Positions 53,957 through 62,186 of a DNA stretch of 64,000 nucleotides are shown here, in pieces (positions within the stretch are counted from its first letter, which is position 1; each line of letters starts with the position of its first letter). Location of the stretch: contig CAZVTT010000002.1 in the NCBI GenBank assembly GCA_964629685.1, positions 120,039 to 184,038 of the forward strand, written 5' to 3'. The stretch comes from an uncultured Gammaproteobacteria bacterium. GTDB lineage: Bacteria; Patescibacteriota; Microgenomatia; UBA10105; UBA927. The position numbers were made by a program, and so were the translations under genes. The notes under the pieces were generated by a model, which was not told the DNA's origin, did not search any database, and worked only from the letters and a program-made list of their open reading frames with translations.

Positions 53957-54307
53957 TTAATTAATGGATTTGGCTTTTTCAACAATTGCAGCAAAGGCTG
54001 CAGGGTTTTCCAATACCAGGTTTGCCAAAATTTTCCGGTCAATTTCGATATTAGCCGCTTTAAGCTGGCTGATAAACCGACTGTAAGACAAGCCATTTTG
54101 TTTTACTGCTTCGGATATCCTGGTAATCCAGAGGCTGCGAAAATCACGTTTGCGAAGTTTTCGGCCGGCATACGCGTATTCGCCGGAAGCGTTGTATACC
54201 TGTTTGGCAACTTTTACCAGCCTGCGCTTTGTCATGCGATAGCCTTTGTTCGCTACCAATAACTTTTTGTGTTTTGCGTGTGTTGTAACTCCTCGTTTGA
54301 CTCTCAT
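53957..54307 (-). CDS. rplT: 50S ribosomal protein L20
   Basis: MRVKRG, KRDFRSLWITRI, YSRFI, DRKILA. Confidence 0.96.
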   Translation of the reverse strand: MRVKRGVTTHAKHKKLLVANKGYRMTKRRLVKVAKQVYNASGEYAYAGRKLRKRDFRSLWITRISEAVKQNGLSYSRFISQLKAANIEIDRKILANLVLENPAAFAAIVEKAKSIN

Positions 54308-54358
54308 AGTCGCTTTCTCCTGTCTTTGCTGCAGCACTTTCTTCTGCTGTGCAAATGA

Positions 54359-54556
54359 TTATGTGTTTAAATATCCTTTTATAACATTAATAATTTTTGT
54401 GGTAGTTAATGTTTTGGGTTTATCCTGACGTCGTTGTTGTGCTTTGCTTTTACGTCGACGTATATGTCGGGCACCTTGTGTCCGGTGAATAACTTTGCCG
54501 TTTTTGGTTAACTTAAACCGTTTGGATACAATTTTTTTCGTTTTAACTTTTGGCAT
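54359..54556 (-). CDS. rpmI: 50S ribosomal protein L35
   Basis: MPKVKT, KRFKLTKNGK, H.RRRKS. Confidence 0.93.
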   Translation of the reverse strand: MPKVKTKKIVSKRFKLTKNGKVIHRTQGARHIRRRKSKAQQRRQDKPKTLTTTKIINVIKGYLNT

Positions 54557-54557
54557 A

Positions 54558-55091
54558 TTACTCCTGTTTATCTTTTTTATCGGAAACAACCATAGCGGAA
54601 AGAATTCTTCCTTCCATATGCGGTTCCCGTACTATTCTGGTGTTTTCGGCCACTCCGGCCAGAAAACGCTTTATTATATCAAATCCGAACTCTTTTCGCG
54701 TTATTTCGCGTCCTTTAAAGAAAACATTCAGTTTTACCTGGTTTCCTTCGGCTAAGAAATCCTTAGCTTGTTCGACGCGGGTATCAAAATCATGTTGTCC
54801 CATAAATGGGCGCAGTCTGATTTCTTTTACCCCTACATTTTTTTGTTTTTTCTTACTTTCCCGCTCTTTTTTAGATTCCTGATACTTAAATTTTTTATAA
54901 TCAATGAGCTTCGCTACCGGAGGCCTTGCATTGGGAGCTATTTCGACAACGTCGATATTTAGCTCTTTAGCGCGTTGTAATGCCTCAATCTTATTTACTA
55001 TCCCAATCTGTTTCCCCTCTTCATCAAGCAGACGAAGTGTAGGGCTGGCGATTTGATAGTTAATTCGGTAATGTCTAAAGTTTATGCTCAA
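54558..55091 (-). CDS. infC: Translation initiation factor IF-3 (non-AUG start)
   Basis: RIN..I, PPVAKLIDY.KFKY, KEIRL, FKGRE; start TTG 55091 or ATA 55085. Confidence 0.93.
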   Translation of the reverse strand: MSINFRHYRINYQIASPTLRLLDEEGKQIGIVNKIEALQRAKELNIDVVEIAPNARPPVAKLIDYKKFKYQESKKERESKKKQKNVGVKEIRLRPFMGQHDFDTRVEQAKDFLAEGNQVKLNVFFKGREITRKEFGFDIIKRFLAGVAENTRIVREPHMEGRILSAMVVSDKKDKQE

Positions 55092-56835
55092 TCTCGTTTT
55101 GAATCCGTTTGGTAAAGTCTGCAAGACTCATTGTCTTGAGGTCTTCTCCCCTGCGATTCCGTACCGAAAGGCCACCCGAGGCCAATTCTCGATCCCCTAT
55201 TATACCCATGTAGGGTACTTTTTGTAAAGTATAGGCGCGTATTTTAGCTTGCATAGACTCGCTCCTATCATCCAGCTCAGCCCGAATACCCCCGGCTTTG
55301 AGTTGTTTTTCCAGCTCACGGGCACCCTCAATATGTCGTTCTGCAATGGGAATTAGCCCCACTTGTACCGGTGCCAGCCATACGGGGAATGCTCCGGCAA
55401 AGTGTTCTATGAGGAAAGCCATAGTACGTTCTATAGCTCCAATAGATGACCGGTGGATCACAATCGGTTCCGTTTCGGAACCTGAGGAGTCTACGTACCG
55501 TAGTTTAAACCGTTTCGGCATGACAAAATCATATTGAACGGTAAATGCCGTTTCTTCTTTCCCCGAAATGTTTTTCATTTGGACATCAATTTTAGGACCA
55601 TAAAAAGCCGCCTCATTTTCGGCTTCATAATACGTAGCCTTCCGGTCCGACAATACCGTACGTAAGACGCTTTCCGCTTCGTCCCACGCAGCATCGTCTT
55701 TATAGTATTTTTTGTCATCGTTCCGGTTGCCCAAAGACAAGCGGTACCGGTAATTTTCTCCAGGGTTTAAACCAAACACCTGTGCCACAGCGTCTATCAA
55801 ATCCAGAACGCCGTTAATTTCCGAGGCTGCCTGATCTTTGGTGGCGATAATGTGTGCATCAGCCAGACAGAACCCTCGGACACGCATAAGTCCGGTGAGT
55901 TCTCCGGATTTTTCATACCGGTAGAGTTTAGCCAGTTCCGCATAACGAACAGGTAACTCTTTATAGCTCCTTGGCCGGGATTTGAATAGTTCAAAATGAT
56001 GCGGACAGGTCATGGGGCGCAGCATATATTCTTCATCGTCTATGGTTATCGGTGCGTACATTGTGTCTTTATAATATGGATAATGTCCTGACGTTTTGTA
56101 TAATTCCAGATTGGCGATGTCCGGCGTGTATACATGCAGGTAGCCACGTTTTAACTCTTCGTCCACGATAAAGCGTTCAAGTTCTCTCCGTACCGTAGCT
56201 CCTTTTGGTGTCCAAAGCGGTAGTCCTTTGCCGACCAGATCGGAAAATACAAACAAGTCCAGGTCCGCACCAAGTTTCCGGTGATCCCGCTTTCTGGCTT
56301 CTTCCTGCATCGTTAAGAACGCTTCCAATTCCGCACGTGTCGGAAAACAGGTACCGTATATTCTGGTTAACATTTTGTTTTTTTCGCTTCCGCGCCAGTA
56401 TGCTCCGGCCACGCTAAGCAATTTAAAATGCTTTAGTTCCTTATCTGGATGCTGGCAGTGTCCACCGCGGCATAGATCCCAATACGAACCGGATTTATAG
56501 AAGGTAAGCGTTTGTCCTTCTCCGGAAAACTCATCAATCAATTCATGTTTATATACGTTGTCGGGATATTCCTGTTTAGCTGATTCAGGTGATAGCTCAT
56601 GTCGTTCAAACGATTTCCATTGTGGCAGAAGTTCTTTCATTTTTTCTTCTATAGCCGGAAAGTCGTCTTCGGATACTTTTATGTCACCGAAGTCAAAATC
56701 AAAATAAAAACCGGTTTCAATTGCCGGGCCTATGGTGCGTTTGGCATTCGGCCATAGTTCCATTACCGCTGCGGCCAATAGGTGTGCGCAAGAATGACGC
56801 AGGTGTTCTAGTTTTTCTCTATCGTGACTATCCAT
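55075..56835 (-). CDS. thrS: Threonine--tRNA ligase (no TGS domain)
   Basis: RHSCAH, DLCRGGH, RDHRKLG, PMTCPHH, FYGPKID, WLAPVQ; GGGAGG SD. Confidence 0.97.
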   Translation of the reverse strand: MDSHDREKLEHLRHSCAHLLAAAVMELWPNAKRTIGPAIETGFYFDFDFGDIKVSEDDFPAIEEKMKELLPQWKSFERHELSPESAKQEYPDNVYKHELIDEFSGEGQTLTFYKSGSYWDLCRGGHCQHPDKELKHFKLLSVAGAYWRGSEKNKMLTRIYGTCFPTRAELEAFLTMQEEARKRDHRKLGADLDLFVFSDLVGKGLPLWTPKGATVRRELERFIVDEELKRGYLHVYTPDIANLELYKTSGHYPYYKDTMYAPITIDDEEYMLRPMTCPHHFELFKSRPRSYKELPVRYAELAKLYRYEKSGELTGLMRVRGFCLADAHIIATKDQAASEINGVLDLIDAVAQVFGLNPGENYRYRLSLGNRNDDKKYYKDDAAWDEAESVLRTVLSDRKATYYEAENEAAFYGPKIDVQMKNISGKEETAFTVQYDFVMPKRFKLRYVDSSGSETEPIVIHRSSIGAIERTMAFLIEHFAGAFPVWLAPVQVGLIPIAERHIEGARELEKQLKAGGIRAELDDRSESMQAKIRAYTLQKVPYMGIIGDRELASGGLSVRNRRGEDLKTMSLADFTKRIQNEIEHKL

Positions 56836-56847
56836 ATTTCCTCCCAT

Positions 56848-56990
56848 AAAAAAAACCGTTCTTTTTTGCGAACCCCACGAAAGCGGGATGGTTCCATCGC
56901 AAGTAAAAAACGGTACTTAATTTCCGTCATTTCGCTGACTTCTGCGATACACTTTGAGGTTGGTGAAGTCTCATGCGGACGTGTATGGCC
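56848..56990 (-). promoter_or_regulatory. Structured attenuator leader of thrS (T-box-like)
   Basis: Long hairpin 56914-56855 plus U8 containing UGGAACC bulge; upstream stem-loops; TTGACA-18-TACCAT promoter 57022-56993. Confidence 0.6.
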
Positions 56991-57018
56991 AGATGGTACG
57001 ACACCTTGAAAGGTTCTG

Positions 57019-57558
57019 TCAAGCAGTTTTGTGTACTTTTGTTGCGGGTACGCGAAACGCATACACATGTAAATCCTTGTCTTCGGACAGAATTTTCCAA
57101 TCGGGAAAAATAAAGCTATTGGAAATTACCCGCGTCCCGGGCTTAAGGTCCCGCATGAGTTTTTCCTGTAGTGCCTTCATTCTCCATGGGAGAAGATATA
57201 CAAACACCGCGTCCGCATCCTTAATCTCAGCAGTCCAGAAGTTGGACCATTTGGTTTTTGCCTTTTTACGATAGGGAGTAAACCAGGATCTGATAGTTGA
57301 GTACCATACCAAAAAAAGATTAATTTCATATCCGGTTGCTACTACTCCCCGTGCTGCAGCTGCGAACAGCAGTCGTCCGTCACCGGATCCCAGGTCATAT
57401 ATTTTTTCACCCGGTTGCAGTTTTGCTAACTCAATCATTTTTTGTGTTGTAGACGGTGTAGACGGTACAAAGGGAGCGCCCGTTACAAACGCCAAACATA
57501 AAAAAATAAAGAGACACAGAAACAGAAATTGAAACACGATAAATAGTACGTCGATCAT
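57019..57558 (-). CDS. Membrane-anchored class I SAM-dependent methyltransferase
   Basis: GAPFVPS, YDLGSGDGR, GYEIN, VFVYLLP, LKPG.RVISNSF. Confidence 0.88.
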   Translation of the reverse strand: MIDVLFIVFQFLFLCLFIFLCLAFVTGAPFVPSTPSTTQKMIELAKLQPGEKIYDLGSGDGRLLFAAAARGVVATGYEINLFLVWYSTIRSWFTPYRKKAKTKWSNFWTAEIKDADAVFVYLLPWRMKALQEKLMRDLKPGTRVISNSFIFPDWKILSEDKDLHVYAFRVPATKVHKTA

Positions 57559-57806
57559 AGTGATGATTTTAGATAGTGAGTATCAGTTTGATTTATATTG
57601 TTCAGCTTGACTGGGCATGCAATAGTATTTTACTATTGGTCACATCTGTGAGTGGCAATAATTAATGTTGCGTAAATTACAGTGTGATTGTACTAACTTT
57701 ATGAGTCAACCTGCCTTGACCATTATAGCGCGTTTTTCTATTTTTTCTTCACTACCTACGCTATCTTCGCATATTCATAACCTTATACGAAGGGAGGTGA
57801 AAAATA

Positions 57807-58412
57807 ATGGAATTTAAACGAATCAGTGCAGGAATCGCATCTGCATCCCTTATTGCTACCCTACTGGCTCCTGCGGCTTTTGCAGAGACCACGGTAACGG
57901 TTGAAGGAAACGGTGCCGATTCTCATAATGTGGTTGAATTAACCACAGCAAACACTACTACCGTGGATGTTATAACGGAAACAAATGTCAGTAATAAAGT
58001 AAAAACTACAGCCAATTCCGGCAATAACAAAGCCAGTGGTAACACCGGCGACGGAAACGTGACGGTAGGTTCCGGAGATGCAACCGCAACCACAACTGTT
58101 ACTACGCTGGTAGGCGGTACATCTGTAACCGTCGAAGGCAATTGCGGCTGCGAGAAAGATACAGACGTAACCGTAAAAGGTAATGGTGTAGATTCTTACT
58201 CAAAAGTAAAACTGAATAATACTAACGCCAAAGCTGTTGGTGTTGCTGCGTCCGCTAAGGTTAAATCCAAAGTTAAGACAAAAGCGAAATCAGGTAAGAA
58301 TATTGCCAAGAACAACACTGGCGTGGGAGACACCGATGTTTCATCAGGTGACGCAACCAGTGATACAACTATTGATACTGTTGTTGAACCAACAACCGTA
58401 TCGGTAAAGTAA
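57807..58412 (+). CDS. Secreted GNG...TGDA-repeat protein (2 repeats, basic, unanchored)
   Basis: Signal peptide ending AFA; two repeats joined by CGC; GGAGGTGA SD. Confidence 0.85.
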   Translation: MEFKRISAGIASASLIATLLAPAAFAETTVTVEGNGADSHNVVELTTANTTTVDVITETNVSNKVKTTANSGNNKASGNTGDGNVTVGSGDATATTTVTTLVGGTSVTVEGNCGCEKDTDVTVKGNGVDSYSKVKLNNTNAKAVGVAASAKVKSKVKTKAKSGKNIAKNNTGVGDTDVSSGDATSDTTIDTVVEPTTVSVK

Positions 58413-58428
58413 GTTTGATTGTAGTATT

Positions 58429-58468
58429 AAAAAAGCCCTGCCTATATCGTTATCGGGTAGGGCTTTTT
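58429..58468. terminator. Bidirectional intrinsic terminator
   Basis: AAAAAGCCCTGCC...GGTAGGGCTTTTT between convergent genes. Confidence 0.85.
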
Positions 58469-58474
58469 CGTGGA

Positions 58475-59200
58475 TTAAGGCCGATAGGGTTTTGCAGATA
58501 CTATTAACCGTTTGCTGTCCAAAAATCCGCTACAGGTGAACAGCGTTAACGTTTCTTCTTTGGTAGGAGCAATTACCATAACATCGTTCGGATTTACCAG
58601 TTTAGTCGTGGTTACCTGATATCGGTGCCAACTGTCTTTTGTCAAAATATACACCAGCGCATCTGATTTAATATTGCGGAGAGGGAGAAACAATTTTTCC
58701 CTGGCATGCGCAAAAATAACGATGTTTCCGTTTTGTCCCGGGTTTGCGGTACCGGCCCCATGTGATGCCGTTGTTTCGGAGAGTTCCCAGAAACCGTTTA
58801 TAATTTTTGCTTCTTTTATAGAAATATCTATTTCCAGGGAAGGAATAATGATTCTGAGCGGAGCCTGAACGGACGTGCCGGTTGTAAGTAATTTTTGATC
58901 AATCCTAAATCCTGATAATGCAGGGCTTACGGAAGCTGAATCGCTCGCAGCCGGAGCCTCCCGTACAGATCCGCTTGCCCGGCTTTCCGTAAAATTCCGA
59001 TACGCAGTGGGAAAAAGGATAAAAAGAATGGCTGCCAGCACCAATATAAGCACCGCGTATTTACTCAGAAGTGTCGGAAATCCGCGTACGGTCTTACTAT
59101 CCGGTGGCAGAGCGGTTGGGCTGGGTTTATCTTTGCGACGTTTCGGTTTTATCCGTGAAGTGCGCGCTGTCGCGCTAACCGAGCGGCGAGGCCGAGGCAT
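58475..59200 (-). CDS. Sortase
   Basis: N-terminal TM; GNIVIFAH, LTLFTC, RLIV (His-Cys-Arg triad). Confidence 0.9.
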   Translation of the reverse strand: MPRPRRSVSATARTSRIKPKRRKDKPSPTALPPDSKTVRGFPTLLSKYAVLILVLAAILFILFPTAYRNFTESRASGSVREAPAASDSASVSPALSGFRIDQKLLTTGTSVQAPLRIIIPSLEIDISIKEAKIINGFWELSETTASHGAGTANPGQNGNIVIFAHAREKLFLPLRNIKSDALVYILTKDSWHRYQVTTTKLVNPNDVMVIAPTKEETLTLFTCSGFLDSKRLIVSAKPYRP

Positions 59201-59760
59201 AGGGTTCCTGCAATATAAAAGAGTGTATCGGTAATAGGAGTTCCGCTGGTTGCCGCTAATCCGAGTATCTCCGGACCTGCCGATCCGCCGCCGATACCTC
59301 CGGAATTATTGTTTGAACCGCCATTACCGGAATTTGAGTTATTATTGGTTGGATTATTTCCCGATCCGGATGTGGGGGTCGGAGTGCCGGATGTTTGCGT
59401 CGGGGTTGGTGTAAGCGGTTTTTTGCTGGGCGTTGGTGTACCACAGCATCCTACGGTGGCGGAATTTTGATTTACGGTATTGGTAACGTTTATATTTACT
59501 TCAGAATCACCTGTTTTAATTGTGGTATTCCCTTTATTTCCGTTGGCTGAATTTCCGCCCGTATTTGCGTTTGCATCGACGGTAGTTTTAATAGTAGCCG
59601 TATTGTGCTGCTGGACCGAATTGTTACTGGTGGAATTTAACTGAATGGAGTTCTGTGTACCCTGACCATTTCCTTCTATACTGAGTGATTCCGCAAATAC
59701 GGATTGAACGGTAATCAGTGTAAAACTCAGTATCAGTCCTGCAAACAACCAGTTACGCAT
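59149..59760 (-). CDS. Repeat protein (1 repeat) with putative sortase sorting signal
   Basis: Signal peptide; repeat; CCG; P/T and N/G linker; LAATSG, hydrophobic helix, RLARQR tail. Confidence 0.8.
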   Translation of the reverse strand: MRNWLFAGLILSFTLITVQSVFAESLSIEGNGQGTQNSIQLNSTSNNSVQQHNTATIKTTVDANANTGGNSANGNKGNTTIKTGDSEVNINVTNTVNQNSATVGCCGTPTPSKKPLTPTPTQTSGTPTPTSGSGNNPTNNNSNSGNGGSNNNSGGIGGGSAGPEILGLAATSGTPITDTLFYIAGTLCLGLAARLARQRALHG

Positions 59761-59788
59761 AGGTAATTTACGTTGAGCAGGTACGTGC

Positions 59789-62062
59789 TTATGAGGCAGT
59801 GGACAGCAGTCGTCGTTTGATTCGCAGAATTGCAAATCTGACAGCGACCAGAAGTATACCACAGGGGATTGCCAGAATCAACCAAGCCAGGTTTATCTGT
59901 ACTACCCGTTTGCCGGCTACAGTGGGTTCCGGCGTGATTACGGCGTTACTCGTGGTATCACCTGTGGTGAAAGCAGCTACTTCACCTTCTGTCTGACTTG
60001 TTTTAGTCGAACCAGCTACTGTTTTACCGGTACCTCCTACCTTGACCGATTTGGGTGTCGGGGTAGGTGTAATACCCACTTTTGTTGTGGCAGTGGTTTC
60101 GTTTGACGAACTGTTGGGTGTGGGTGTCGGTGTAGGCGTATTTGTCGCTTGTACCTGAACGTTTGTTCCACTGATTGCCTGTGTGTTTTCCGGTGCAGCT
60201 GCGACTGATTTGGTTTCTTTATGAGCTCCCGGCGTCACGAAGTCTCCCAGCCAGCTGCCGAACACGTTTACTACGGTTACTACCAGTTTCCCGTTCCCGA
60301 CAATATTATTGTTTACGAAGTTCACCATGTTGGCAATGATGTTGGCGTCGCCCGTTTTAATGGATGAATTGCCGCCCGTGTTATTGCTGCTGTCATTTCC
60401 GCCTGAATTGGCCGACAAATCAAGGTTGTTTACTATATTAGCGGTGTTCGTTTGTACGGTAGTGTTTGAATTTGTATTCGTGACCGAACCGGTATTGGTG
60501 GAATTTGAGCCGTTTCCGTTATTTGAAGCGGTAATTTCACCTGCGGGAGATACATTAAACTCGGTTCCGGCTGAACCAGCCAGATTGTCTGCGCCTGATT
60601 CTCCGCCGATGATCCGCCCGACCCAGTTTCCGGCTTCATTTACCAACACTAACCACCAGTTTCCGCCGTCGACGTTGTTATTGGCAACGTTTAGTACGTT
60701 GGCATCAATTGTGGTATTGCCGGTGTCTATTTTAGTGTCCCCTCCGGTATTTCCTCCGGCCGTGTTATTCCCGGTTTGGGTGTCTAATGTCAGGACATTT
60801 TCGATAGTTGCATCGTTGTATTGAAAGGTAGAGTCGCTGTTAGATGTGCTTACGGCTGCGTTATTTTCTGATCCGGATCCGTTTCCGGTATTGGCGACTC
60901 CGGTTGATCCGGTTCCGCAGCAGGAATTTGCTAACAGTTCTTCAGGAAACAGGATGTCTCCTACCAGGTCGCCGTAAATATTTACGACTCCATAGAGTAC
61001 ATTCCCCGCAATGTTGTTGTTGGCGAAGGTTAACACGTTTGCGGATACATTGGCGTCTCCGGTTTTTATAGTTGAATCCCCACCGGTATTTCCGCTGGCT
61101 GAGTTATCTCCGGAATTTGAATCCAGTACTAATGTATTCCCGATCGTAGCGTCATTGTTTTGGAAAGTGGCTTTATCCGAACTGGTATCTATGTTTGCCG
61201 TATTATCCGAACCTGTGCCGTTTTTTTGATTTGTCGCTTCTAGAGATCCATTGTCGCATCCCGTGAGACAACCTGCTCCGAAATCAAGCACAATGTCACC
61301 GGTGTGATCGTCATTAACGTTAAATTCAGAAACCATTACGCCGTCTACGTTTGTATTGACTGCAGTAATAATTGTACCCGATGTGTTGGCGTCTCCGGTG
61401 GAAATGGCAGAAGAACCTACATTGTTATCCGCATTATTTTTTCCGGTGGTAGTGTTTTGTTCTAGGTCATTGTTTACACTGGCAGAGTTATCCTGAACGG
61501 TTGTTGATGAATCGCTGATTTGTGCTGAACTATCGTTGTCTGAATTTGATCCGTTTCCGGTATTGGAAACACCGATACTTCCGTCTTCTCCTCCGACGGG
61601 AACTACTGCGCTATTGTTGTTTCCGGTAGTAATAATGGCGGCATCGTTTGTGGCGTCTCCGGTTTTAATTTCGGTATCTCCGGTCGTACCGCTTTGTGTC
61701 TGCCCGTCAGTTGTTGCCGTTTGAGTCTGTTCCGGTGTCGGAGTAGTCGTAGGCGACGGTGTGGACGTTGTGTTTTGTTGTGTGCTGGGTGTTTCCGGCG
61801 CTTCGGTCGGTCGCGGTCTTCTGGTTGGAGTTGGTGATGGTTCATTTGCAGGCGTCGGTTCTGTTGTGGGTTCTGCCGGATGGGACGGTGATGAAGGTAC
61901 TTCCGGTGTCGATGGAGCTGTCGGAGCTGTCGGCGCATCCGGAGTAGTCGGAACAACAGGGACATCAGGTACGTCAATAGCACCTACTATGCTGACATTT
62001 TGGCTGAGTAACAGTACGACTATTACGAAGCTCGCCAGTAATTTTTTGAATGATTGTTTCAT
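59789..62062 (-). CDS. Large repeat protein (~4.5 repeats) with P/T linkers and C-terminal TM anchor
   Basis: Signal peptide; P/T-rich N-terminus; repeats; CLTGC and CCG; TM plus RIKRR tail. Confidence 0.85.
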   Translation of the reverse strand: MKQSFKKLLASFVIVVLLLSQNVSIVGAIDVPDVPVVPTTPDAPTAPTAPSTPEVPSSPSHPAEPTTEPTPANEPSPTPTRRPRPTEAPETPSTQQNTTSTPSPTTTPTPEQTQTATTDGQTQSGTTGDTEIKTGDATNDAAIITTGNNNSAVVPVGGEDGSIGVSNTGNGSNSDNDSSAQISDSSTTVQDNSASVNNDLEQNTTTGKNNADNNVGSSAISTGDANTSGTIITAVNTNVDGVMVSEFNVNDDHTGDIVLDFGAGCLTGCDNGSLEATNQKNGTGSDNTANIDTSSDKATFQNNDATIGNTLVLDSNSGDNSASGNTGGDSTIKTGDANVSANVLTFANNNIAGNVLYGVVNIYGDLVGDILFPEELLANSCCGTGSTGVANTGNGSGSENNAAVSTSNSDSTFQYNDATIENVLTLDTQTGNNTAGGNTGGDTKIDTGNTTIDANVLNVANNNVDGGNWWLVLVNEAGNWVGRIIGGESGADNLAGSAGTEFNVSPAGEITASNNGNGSNSTNTGSVTNTNSNTTVQTNTANIVNNLDLSANSGGNDSSNNTGGNSSIKTGDANIIANMVNFVNNNIVGNGKLVVTVVNVFGSWLGDFVTPGAHKETKSVAAAPENTQAISGTNVQVQATNTPTPTPTPNSSSNETTATTKVGITPTPTPKSVKVGGTGKTVAGSTKTSQTEGEVAAFTTGDTTSNAVITPEPTVAGKRVVQINLAWLILAIPCGILLVAVRFAILRIKRRLLSTAS

Positions 62063-62131
62063 AGTGTCCTGTCTCAATCCCGCACCACTATTGTGTGGGA
62101 TCGATACAAAGCCCTATATATTTATCTCTTT

Positions 62132-62177
62132 GTTCGTAGGGTGTCCCGCCGAAGTGAAGCGAGACTACCCTACGAAC
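62132..62177 (-). other. Strong intergenic hairpin without U-tract
   Basis: GTTCGTAGGGT...ACCCTACGAAC 11-bp perfect outer stem. Confidence 0.7.
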
Positions 62178-62186
62178 CTCTAGAGA

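Noticed and set aside
56927-56974. Thr leader peptide for thrS
   Set aside because: The only short uORF has no Thr codons.
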